From Patescibacteria group bacterium (GTDB lineage: Bacteria > Patescibacteriota > Saccharimonadia > CAILAD01 > JADZBC01): a stretch of 64,000 bases of DNA. How positions within the stretch are numbered: position 1 is the stretch's first letter; each line of letters opens with the position of its first letter. The position numbers and the translations under genes were made by a program. The stretch spans positions 84,293-148,292 of the forward strand of contig JBPOIL010000001.1 in NCBI GenBank assembly GCA_052034495.1. Reading direction: 5' to 3'. Below are positions 27,112 to 34,335 of this stretch, in pieces. The notes under the pieces were generated by a model. It had not been told where the DNA came from. It ran no database searches and saw only the letters and a program-made list of their open reading frames with translations.

Positions 27112-27321
27112 CTAGTTTTCTTCTGGAACGTTTAGGCCCATGTAAGTTGCTTCTGAAACAAACTTAGTTAGGTTCGTGCCGTTGTTGTTCGCACGGATCG
27201 CGTAACGTACTTGAGTAGCACCACTTTTGGTTGTTCGCTCGTACTTTTTACGCTTAATCTGACTCTCGTCAATTTGTACCTTCTCTCGAAGTTTGACATC
27301 GTAAAATTCAATTGTTGCCAT
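27112..27321 (-). CDS. small basic hypothetical protein (69 aa), possibly nucleic-acid binding
   Basis: Strong RBS AAGGAG. Followed by a terminator. No family recognised. Confidence 0.55.
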   Translation of the reverse strand: MATIEFYDVKLREKVQIDESQIKRKKYERTTKSGATQVRYAIRANNNGTNLTKFVSEATYMGLNVPEEN

Positions 27322-27576
27322 TTGTAGATTCTCCTTAAATTGATGATAAGGCTAGCTTCGCATGACGTAGCCTCACCTGCAAGCGTAAGCGATTACAAAA
27401 AAAAGTGCAAACTTTGTAGGCAGCTACAGCCCGCTGGGACAATAAAATCATTGCAGTTACAGGGATAATCTGTTATACTTGGCTCACACATTAATTAGTT
27501 CTACACAGTCCTCGTTTTCGTAAGCTCTCTTTGGTCCTTACAAGCGTTCGCTGGTAGGGTTCAAAAGGAGTATATT

Positions 27577-27834
27577 ATGAAAAAATTATTTGTTGGTAGC
27601 TTGCCATGGTCAGTAAATGACCAGCAACTAGGTGAAATCTTTGCCGAAGTTGGAACAGTTGAGTCTGCAAACGTAGTACTAGACAAGATGACTGGCCGTT
27701 CACGCGGTTTCGGTTTTGTCGAAATGAGTAGCGTTGAAGAAGCTCAAAAGGCTGTAGAAGTGCTTAACGGCAAAGAAGTTGACGGTCGTACGATCATCGT
27801 TTCTGAAGCTAAGCCTCAGGTAGACCGCCGCTAA
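27577..27834 (+). CDS. RRM-type RNA-binding protein
   Basis: RNP-2 LFVGSL and RNP-1 RGFGFVEM motifs. 85 aa. Confidence 0.85.
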   Translation: MKKLFVGSLPWSVNDQQLGEIFAEVGTVESANVVLDKMTGRSRGFGFVEMSSVEEAQKAVEVLNGKEVDGRTIIVSEAKPQVDRR

Positions 27835-27847
27835 GTAGCGACACTAC

Positions 27848-27878
27848 AACAAAAAACCGCTGATTCGTCAGCGGTTTT
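27848..27878 (+). terminator. rho-independent terminator (aaccgctga-ttcg-tcagcggtt-TTTTTG)
   Basis: Perfect 9-bp stem plus T-run right after the RRM gene. Confidence 0.75.
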
Positions 27879-27938
27879 TTGTTTGCTTGCAAACAGCAGC
27901 GTAAGGGGGTTTAATGAAGAGGAATAGGGAGGGAGAGT

Positions 27939-29096
27939 ATGAAGAAGTTAATCATTAGCGTTATAGCGGTATCAGTAATAGCATTGGGGTGGGCAGCGAC
28001 AGCTCGGGCGGAGAACGATACCGTTAAGACCTCGAGTGAGGTTATAGCGAGCGACCAGAGCTACACGGGCCTATACACAAAGGTCGCGGACAGAGTTGAG
28101 ATCAACGGCACGGTGAACGGGGACGTTGCCGTCGTGGCGAGCAAGTTCGTCTTGAAGGGCACGGTGAACGGCAATGTATACGTGCTGGCTGAGAACGCAC
28201 GTTTCGAGGGTGTCGTTACAGGTAACATCCACGTACTTGCTTCCGACGTGGAACTCAGCAGCAAAGCTACGTCTGCATATATCTTAGCGTCCCAGCTGAC
28301 GTCAACCAAGACAGCCCAATTGACCGGCTCCCTAGCAGCGGCCGCTTCGGAGGCAGAAGTGAATGGCAGTATCACTCAGTCTGCCTACGTAGGGGCTTCT
28401 GTGGTGCGTTACAACGCGCCCACTGGCGGTTCGGTTAAGCTGGCGGCTAGCCAGATAACAGTTGGCAGCGATGCAACCATAGCTGGGGACTTAAGCTACA
28501 GCCAATCAGCCGAGATAAAGATCAAGAACGATAAGAATATTGAAGGCTCAATAAAACAGTTTGGTCCTCCTGCTAAAGCCGAACAGCCCTCATGGGTGGC
28601 CAAGGCCTCAGGTGCTCTGTATGGCCTCATTGCCAGCTTTATAATCGGTGCTGTCATGCTGTGGCTGGCTCCACGGAGCGTCATAGCAACCGGCGACTAC
28701 GTCCTGCAGAAGCCAGGCCAGTCACTCTTAGCAGGCTTTGGCTTCCTCGTCATGGCACCAATTGCGCTATTGATGATCGCGGTGACCCTTGTTGGCATTC
28801 CGTTGGCGATCATAGGACTCATGGTCTACATCACGGTGCTCATTGTATCCCATATATTTGTAGCCCTTCTTGTTGGCCGACGTGCCCTTGGGACGGCTAA
28901 GAGCAAAAAGGGTAATGGCGCAGGGCAGAACTTGTTGCCATTGCTCCTTGGGCTACTCATAACGGGTGTGCTTGAGCTGCTTCCAGTGCTTGGTGGCTTA
29001 TTCACCTTTGCCATTCTGATAGCTGGCATCGGCGCCCTAGTGAGCCGAAACTGGCTAAGACTACGGCATGTCGCGAGTACTCAGCGCGCAGCCTAA
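27939..29096 (+). CDS. exported beta-helical repeat (bactofilin/DUF4097-like) protein with C-terminal multi-TM anchor
   Basis: Signal peptide. Repeated (V/I)xGx(V/I)xG(N/D) units: VEINGTVNGDVAVV, LKGTVNGNVYVL, FEGVVTGNIHVL. About 4 TM helices at the C-terminus. Confidence 0.55.
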   Translation: MKKLIISVIAVSVIALGWAATARAENDTVKTSSEVIASDQSYTGLYTKVADRVEINGTVNGDVAVVASKFVLKGTVNGNVYVLAENARFEGVVTGNIHVLASDVELSSKATSAYILASQLTSTKTAQLTGSLAAAASEAEVNGSITQSAYVGASVVRYNAPTGGSVKLAASQITVGSDATIAGDLSYSQSAEIKIKNDKNIEGSIKQFGPPAKAEQPSWVAKASGALYGLIASFIIGAVMLWLAPRSVIATGDYVLQKPGQSLLAGFGFLVMAPIALLMIAVTLVGIPLAIIGLMVYITVLIVSHIFVALLVGRRALGTAKSKKGNGAGQNLLPLLLGLLITGVLELLPVLGGLFTFAILIAGIGALVSRNWLRLRHVASTQRAA

Positions 29097-29171
29097 CCTG
29101 TCCCAACCTATTGACAAAGCATTACCAGTTTCGTAACCTGTTAAACATAAGACTAATATAAGGAGAGATTA

Positions 29172-29369
29172 ATGCCATATACACACACTAACTCGAAGGG
29201 ACAGGCCTACATCCTTCACCGACAAGAAGTTACCCTAAAGGGTGGCCGCCAGCAAACTATTTATTACTTCGCTAAAGAAGCTAAGCCAACTGCTATTGAC
29301 GAGCTTCCAGAAGGCTACATTGTAATCGAGAACACTCGAACTGGTTTGCCGATCCTCAAGAAGGGCTAA
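29172..29369 (+). CDS. small hypothetical protein (65 aa)
   Basis: Strong RBS TAAGGAGAG. Followed by a hairpin terminator. Confidence 0.55.
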   Translation: MPYTHTNSKGQAYILHRQEVTLKGGRQQTIYYFAKEAKPTAIDELPEGYIVIENTRTGLPILKKG

Positions 29370-29389
29370 TCTAGCCCCAAGACCATATG

Positions 29390-29411
29390 AGCCCCTTCGG
29401 GGGCTTTTTGG
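29390..29411 (+). terminator. rho-independent terminator (agcccc-ttcg-ggggct-TTTTGG)
   Basis: Perfect stem plus T-run. Confidence 0.65.
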
Positions 29412-29470
29412 TTGCGACTTTATTTATAGGTGTAAATCCGCTATATTTAGCTAGTCCTTACACGCTCTAA

Positions 29471-29546
29471 GGGCCCGTAGCTCAGTGGTTAGAGCAGTCG
29501 GCTCATAACCGATTGGTCGCTGGTTCAAATCCAGCCGGGCCCACCA
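29471..29546 (+). tRNA. tRNA with CAT anticodon; sequence closely resembles E. coli tRNA-Ile2 (lysidine; ileX) rather than tRNA-Met
   Basis: GGGCCCGTAGCTCAGTGGTTAGAGCAGTCGGCTCATAACCGATTGGTCGCTGGTTCAAATCCAGCCGGGCCCACCA. Cloverleaf with anticodon loop CTCATAA. Encoded CCA. Confidence 0.85.
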
Positions 29547-29590
29547 AGCATAAGCATTATAGATGAAGACTCCGAAAGGGGTCTTTTGTT
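29538..29590 (+). repeat. repeat A: tRNA 3' end (ggcccacca) plus 44 bp downstream including GNRA-loop terminator hairpin; duplicated at 30573-30625
   Basis: 53-bp direct repeat, about 90% identical to the copy at 30573..30625. Confidence 0.7.
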
Positions 29591-29927
29591 GTTATGTTTG
29601 AAATTGTGCAGGATTCAACTTATCATCAGGGTTGATGGTAGCGCCCTGCTGCCCGTACCGATGGAGGACACGATGGCTACCGACGCGAGTGGTTACGACC
29701 ACCTGAACGAAGACACCCCAATAGTGCTCGAGCTTGGAGGAGTGCGGGTGTCGTTGGTAGGGAAAGACCACATGGCCAAGTTGGTCTCAGCCGTTCTTCG
29801 TTCGAACTACGGGATGAACCGCTTCCTTGCAGAGCTCCTTTCCCAGCTCCCTTCCAGAGAGCACCTTTCGCCTGAGGAGCTGAAGCTTCTGGAGGACATA
29901 CGGGCCTACTTCTCAGCCCGGGGCTGA
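29586..29927 (+). CDS. hypothetical protein in GC-elevated cassette (likely start ATG 29661, MEDTMATD...)
   Basis: ORF of about 88-113 aa, roughly 58% GC, followed by a hairpin plus T-run at about 29975-30008. Confidence 0.4.
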   Translation: MLLCLKLCRIQLIIRVDGSALLPVPMEDTMATDASGYDHLNEDTPIVLELGGVRVSLVGKDHMAKLVSAVLRSNYGMNRFLAELLSQLPSREHLSPEELKLLEDIRAYFSARG

Positions 29928-30093
29928 TGCGCTACAGCGCAGATGATGGGGTGAGGCAACAGGGCCCACCCCAGAGCGACTTAGAATCATCTAGGTCGCT
30001 TTTTCGTTATTGACTCTTTATCGGGACAGGTATAGAATTTCACCAACACCTACCAACCGGTTCGTGTTAAGGCCAAATACAAGGGGGAAATCC

Positions 30094-30426
30094 GTGGCCA
30101 TCTTCCCGAGCATGACGCTCAAGTCGGTCAACCGTGTTCGTGTCGCACGTGGCGCCCCGCCGCTCAAGAAGCTGCGGAAGGGCGACCGTCGCAACCAGCA
30201 CATCTGTGCCATCGCCAACTCGCTCAGCGACGTGGCTCCCGGCATCAAGGTGCACAAGCGCCGCATCTCCGGGGTGGACCAGGAGTTCGCGGAGCTCATC
30301 GCCCGCGAGTTCGGCACCCACCTCGACCCGAGCAAGGAGACGCCCCAGGTGGTGATGCCGCTGCACATGCAGGGCTTCGTGTTCGCCTACGACCGAGGCG
30401 CCTACGACGAGCTCGCTCGCACCTGA
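30094..30426 (+). CDS. hypothetical protein, very GC-rich (~65% GC) cassette gene; start uncertain (GTG 30094 after AAGGGGG, ATG 30112, or TTG 30010)
   Basis: Strong GC3 bias picks this frame over the five overlapping ORFs. Translation ...MTLKSVNRVRVARGAPPLKKLRKGDRRNQHICAIANSLSDVAPGIKVHKRRISGVDQEFAELIAREFGTHLD... Confidence 0.45.
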   Translation: MAIFPSMTLKSVNRVRVARGAPPLKKLRKGDRRNQHICAIANSLSDVAPGIKVHKRRISGVDQEFAELIAREFGTHLDPSKETPQVVMPLHMQGFVFAYDRGAYDELART

Positions 30427-30430
30427 CCCA

Positions 30431-30524
30431 TCCATGTCCTGCGCGCATAGCAATACTGCGCAGCGTCTGCCAGACGATACCTGGCATCACCCAAGTTCAT
30501 GAATGTGATTCGTGAGTTTAGGTG
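30431..30524 (+). repeat. repeat C: structured ~95-bp element (stems ctgcgc/gcgcag, cgtctg/cagacg, tgccag/ctggca; ttcatgaa palindrome) directly after the cassette stop
   Basis: Homologous to repeat D at 31166-31288, with compensatory stem changes. Confidence 0.6.
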
Positions 30525-30572
30525 AGATTACCTCCGCTAGAGCTTGCAGATGGTTACAAGTGAGTCCAGTAA

Positions 30573-30625
30573 GGCCCACCAAGCATAAGAATTATAGATA
30601 AAGAATCCGCAAGGGGTCTTTTGTT
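30573..30625 (+). repeat. repeat B: second copy of the tRNA(CAT) 3' end plus downstream 44 bp (att-like remnant)
   Basis: ggcccaccaagcataagaattatagataaagaatccgcaaggggtcttttgtt compared with 29538-29590. Confidence 0.7.
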
Positions 30626-30648
30626 ATGCTTGATATCATTATCACGAA

Positions 30649-31155
30649 GTGTCATTATATGCCCACGAAGCAAACAATAGCTTCACGACCATAGGGGGTT
30701 CGTTGAAAACGCAGTCCTTGCAGTTCCACTTCGTTGGAAACCACTTGCTCGATGGCGGAGAGTACATCCTCTTCCTCATCCCAATCGTTGCCCTGCTGAC
30801 CGGAGTCGGTCTCCTCGTCGACGACAGAAAGAAGCATGCCGACAAGGTGCTCGTGTGCGCCCTCGTCTTCTTCTTCGGTCTCTTCATAGCGATGCACAAC
30901 AGCGGCGCTCACTACGACGTTCAGTACGTCAAGGGAGAGCTGGAGTCACAGGGGCTAAACGTTGTGAGGAGCAACGTCACAGGGGATGACAAGAACGACA
31001 ACACGGTCACCTTCGGCAACGGCGGGTGTGAGCTCGGTGACTTCAAGTTCTACTACGAGAAGGGCACCGTGCGTGCCTACGTCCGCCGAGGTGAGTACGA
31101 TGTGCTCATCACCCCGCAGCTCCTCGAGCGCATGTGCGCGTCTACCGGCGGCTGA
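30649..31155 (+). CDS. hypothetical membrane protein, very GC-rich cassette gene (2 TM segments plus soluble C-terminal domain); N-terminus/start uncertain
   Basis: GC3 about 85% in this frame from about 30740 on. TM segments ILFLIPIVALLTGVGLLV and VLVCALVFFFGLFIAM. The leader resembles that of the 30094 gene. Confidence 0.45.
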   Translation: MSLYAHEANNSFTTIGGSLKTQSLQFHFVGNHLLDGGEYILFLIPIVALLTGVGLLVDDRKKHADKVLVCALVFFFGLFIAMHNSGAHYDVQYVKGELESQGLNVVRSNVTGDDKNDNTVTFGNGGCELGDFKFYYEKGTVRAYVRRGEYDVLITPQLLERMCASTGG

Positions 31156-31165
31156 CCGCGTCGCC

Positions 31166-31288
31166 AACCATGTCCTGCACGCATCGCAATACTGTGCAGC
31201 GTTCGCCAGAACGATACTCTGGCGGGTGGGAGCTTCCGAGCTCCTGCCGTCACCCAAGTTCATGAATAGGATTCGTGAGTTTAGGTGA
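31166..31288 (+). repeat. repeat D: second copy of the structured element (stems ctgcac/gtgcag, cgttc/gaacg, gccag/ctggc; extra ggagct-tccg-agctcc hairpin)
   Basis: Shares ccatgtcctgc(g/a)cgcat(a/c)gcaatactg(c/t)gcagcg... and tcacccaagttcatgaat..gattcgtgagtttaggtga with repeat C. Confidence 0.6.
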
Positions 31289-31324
31289 AGCCGTCGTATC
31301 TTCTTGTGTGGTAGCATATAGTCT

Positions 31325-31765
31325 ATGAATCAACATCTGTCAGACGAAGAGTATCAAGCGGTCTATTCAAAAGTTCCTAGGCTGAATGTCGAGTTGGTTA
31401 TTATGGAGCGAGGAAAAGTTCTCCTCTCGAAGAGAGTAATAGAGCCTTGGCAGGGGCATTGGCACTTGCCAGGTGGCCGTGTCCTGATGAATGAAACCCT
31501 GGAAGAGGCAGTGGCCAGGATAGGAAGACTAGAACTTGGGCTTGAGGTAAAAGCAGTAGACGTCCTCGGCTCAATCACATATCCGAGCATAAAAGGCCAG
31601 CCCAAGGATTTTGAGTGGCCTATAGGAGTTGTTTATAGCGCGGATGTTTTGAAAGGAGAGATAAAAGGCTGGGAGTTAGCCCCTAGAGTCGAGTGGTTTA
31701 GCGAGCTGCCCAGACCAATAATTGAAGAGCAAAAGACTTTCCTCCTCGACAGAGCCTTGTTTTAG
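31325..31765 (+). CDS. NUDIX hydrolase
   Basis: GHWHLPGGRVLMNETLEEAVARIGRLELGL Nudix box. Confidence 0.7.
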   Translation: MNQHLSDEEYQAVYSKVPRLNVELVIMERGKVLLSKRVIEPWQGHWHLPGGRVLMNETLEEAVARIGRLELGLEVKAVDVLGSITYPSIKGQPKDFEWPIGVVYSADVLKGEIKGWELAPRVEWFSELPRPIIEEQKTFLLDRALF

Positions 31766-31834
31766 TATCCTAGGCGAGACTACTGCCGACCTTCTATAGC
31801 CCATTGCATATAAAATCATAAAAGCTAGCATAGT

Positions 31835-32248
31835 GTGATGCGCAGGAGTATTACACAGAAAAGAGAATATGGCTGTGGTGTGGCCTGCTTTGCGTTTGCT
31901 ACCAATATGGGCTACCACGAAGCCGAGAACCATCTTGGCAAGGACATCGTAGAGAGGCATGAGTTTAGAGGCGTCATCATGAACAGGCTGCTAAATGAAT
32001 ACGGCCTGGAATATCGAAAGAGGTACACAGGGGCGGGCTGGAGGCCAAAGAAATACCCTAATGGCACAATCGCCTACATTTACGCGAGCGCTACGCACCC
32101 TCACGGGCATTACTTGATTCGACACAATGGTGCATGGATGGATCCATGGATCAATATGAGGGATGATCGTAGAATTCGGTTTGCTAGATCGGGCTACAGA
32201 CCAAAACTACCAGGTAAGCCTATGTTTTTGCTGCTACCAATTACTTGA
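31835..32248 (+). CDS. papain-like cysteine peptidase, C39-like domain protein
   Basis: GCGVACFAFATNMGY (Cys nucleophile motif as in the C39 CGxAxL motif). Downstream HYLIRHNG His. Confidence 0.5.
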   Translation: MMRRSITQKREYGCGVACFAFATNMGYHEAENHLGKDIVERHEFRGVIMNRLLNEYGLEYRKRYTGAGWRPKKYPNGTIAYIYASATHPHGHYLIRHNGAWMDPWINMRDDRRIRFARSGYRPKLPGKPMFLLLPIT

Positions 32249-32283
32249 ACTAGTGTGCGCTTAGTGGTACGATAAAACACTTT

Positions 32284-33063
32284 ATGAAGATTATTACGTT
32301 AAACATTTGGGGCGGGCGAGTGCTTGAGCCACTCTTGGAATTCTTTAAGACTAAGGCCCAAGAAGCTGACGTTATTTGCTTGCAAGAAGTCTTTGCTTCG
32401 GGCTTGGAGCTAGAGGACGTTGATGTTTGTACAAACATGCTGGATAGACTGCTGCCGATAATGCAGGACTATAGATTCGTTTACAATTCCAATGTGGTGG
32501 ACAGGCTGACTTCGCAGATCGAGGGCAGCGATTTACGTTATGGCAACGCTATTTTTGTGCGTAAATCTCTCAGGCTACGCGGTAGTCAGAATCAGTTTAT
32601 CGTAAAATACCCCGGTGACGTTTATGATCTGGAAGCAGGTGATGATCATCCGCGAGCCCTGCAAATCGTGCAGCTTTCCGATGAGTACGGGAATAACTTT
32701 TCTGTAGCGAACTACCATGGCTATTGGAGTAACGGTCCCAAGACTGACGACGAAGTGCGCCTTGAGCAGTCAGTGCGTATTCGTGAAGTGCTTGATGGGC
32801 TGAATGAGCCATTTGTACTTTGTGGCGACTTTAACTTGCTACCAACCACCAAAAGCCTAGATATCCTACGGGATGGCCTAAGCGACATGGTTCAAAAGTA
32901 CAAGTTATCAACTACTCGGTCGCCCTTATATAAGCGCATAGACTATGCGCCGTTTGCCGACTACATGTTTACTACCCCAGAGGTGCGCGACAAGAGCTTC
33001 CGAGCCCTGGACGACGTAGTTTCTGACCACTTGGCGTTAGAGCTCGACTTCGACCTGGTATAA
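32284..33063 (+). CDS. endonuclease/exonuclease/phosphatase (EEP) family protein
   Basis: N-terminal MKIITLNIWGG. C-terminal SDHLALELDFD. Confidence 0.7.
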   Translation: MKIITLNIWGGRVLEPLLEFFKTKAQEADVICLQEVFASGLELEDVDVCTNMLDRLLPIMQDYRFVYNSNVVDRLTSQIEGSDLRYGNAIFVRKSLRLRGSQNQFIVKYPGDVYDLEAGDDHPRALQIVQLSDEYGNNFSVANYHGYWSNGPKTDDEVRLEQSVRIREVLDGLNEPFVLCGDFNLLPTTKSLDILRDGLSDMVQKYKLSTTRSPLYKRIDYAPFADYMFTTPEVRDKSFRALDDVVSDHLALELDFDLV

Positions 33064-33089
33064 TGGAATAGATAAGTGGAGCTAAGGAA

Positions 33090-33908
33090 ATGACGATGCC
33101 AATTGATTTAGTGCTCGTTCGGCACGGACAGTCAGAGCAAAACCTAGCATCACACTTTGCCAAGAATGGCGACCCTAGCCTGTATACCGAGGAGTTCAGG
33201 AAGCGTCACGGCGGACAGCACAGGCTTACGGCCAAAGGCCGAAGTCAGGCAGAAGCAGCAGGTAAATGGCTGCGAAAAAATGATTTAGCGTACTTTGATC
33301 GTCGCTACGTTTCGGCCTACGTGCGCGCTATGGAGACTGCAGGCCTACTGAGCCTTGACGGCCCTGACTGGATGGTAGACCCATTGCTGCGTGAGCGAGA
33401 GTGGGGGGATTTTGATAACATTCCCCATGATGAGCGCGTGGCAAAATCTGAAGAATCAATGGAGATGCGAGACACCGATCCGTTCTTTTGGATACCGCCG
33501 AACGGCGAATCAGTTGCTCAACTAACAGTTCGACTTCGTTCGGTTCTAGATACTCTGCATAGGGAGTGCACGGATCGCAGGGTCGTGATTGTGTGTCACG
33601 GCGAGGTCATGTCGGCCTTCCGGTTCCTACTGGAGCGAATGAGTATCGACAGATGGGCGCAGTTGCAAAAGTCCAAGGAACCAGGCGAGAAGATATTCAA
33701 CTGCCAAGTGTTCCATTACACTCGTCGCAATCCAGATTCGAGTGAACTTTCTCCTCACCTGGATTGGATGCGCTCGATCAGTCCCGCCGACGAGTCAAAC
33801 AGCGGTGACGGCTGGCAGAAAATTACGCGCAAGCGATTCTCTAATAACGAACTACTGGAAGCTGCCGACCAGGTGGGTCATTTATTCCCAGAGCGGGAAG
33901 GCTATTAG
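33090..33908 (+). CDS. histidine phosphatase family protein (phosphoglycerate mutase-like)
   Basis: LVRHGQSEQN RHG motif. Second His in CHGEVM. Confidence 0.7.
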   Translation: MTMPIDLVLVRHGQSEQNLASHFAKNGDPSLYTEEFRKRHGGQHRLTAKGRSQAEAAGKWLRKNDLAYFDRRYVSAYVRAMETAGLLSLDGPDWMVDPLLREREWGDFDNIPHDERVAKSEESMEMRDTDPFFWIPPNGESVAQLTVRLRSVLDTLHRECTDRRVVIVCHGEVMSAFRFLLERMSIDRWAQLQKSKEPGEKIFNCQVFHYTRRNPDSSELSPHLDWMRSISPADESNSGDGWQKITRKRFSNNELLEAADQVGHLFPEREGY

Positions 33909-33909
33909 T

Positions 33910-34335
33910 ATGACGCACTGGTTACTCGTAAGCTCACCAGATAACTTTGAGACGTCTCGCGCTCGTGGGTTCGACATAGCTGGCATGAAGACGCGCTGGC
34001 GCAAGGCGGCCGGGGAAGTTCAAGTAGGAGACACAGTATTCTTTTACCTTACGGGGCTCAAGTCGATCGGTGGGGAAGCAGTCGTAACAGGGCCTGCCTA
34101 CGAAGACTTTGAGAAGATTTGGGAGTCCACTAAGCCCGACGAAGTCTATCCGCACCGCTTTCCAATCAAAATTTCCAAAGCCAGACCCAAAGGGGACTAC
34201 TTAAAAGTAGAAGACTTTTTAGACCAATACGAATACGCCAGGCGCTGGCCAGTTAAGAACTGGACATTGGCGTTCCAGGGTAATGCCCACAGGCTGAACG
34301 AAGCTGACTACCAGCTGATTCACGATCTAATCTAG
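33910..34335 (+). CDS. EVE (PUA-like) domain protein
   Basis: MTHWLLVSSPDNFE... GDTVFFYLTG pattern typical of EVE domains. The ORF-track start at 33742 overlaps the previous gene; ATG at 33910 is preferred. Confidence 0.55.
   Translation: MTHWLLVSSPDNFETSRARGFDIAGMKTRWRKAAGEVQVGDTVFFYLTGLKSIGGEAVVTGPAYEDFEKIWESTKPDEVYPHRFPIKISKARPKGDYLKVEDFLDQYEYARRWPVKNWTLAFQGNAHRLNEADYQLIHDLI

Noticed and set aside
30018-30490. Five overlapping ORFs on both strands across the GC-rich cassette (30018-30368, 30067-30453, 30134-30355, 30296-30490, plus the 30655-30912 acidic minus ORF)
   Set aside because: Third-position GC analysis supports only the plus frames reported (30094-30426, 30649-31155). The others are typical high-GC shadow ORFs.
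30094-31155. Possibility that the small GC-rich cassette ORFs are IS200/IS605 TnpA transposases (given size and flanking hairpin repeats)
   Set aside because: No HuH (His-hydrophobic-His) motif or catalytic Tyr pattern. The sequences show no transposase signatures.
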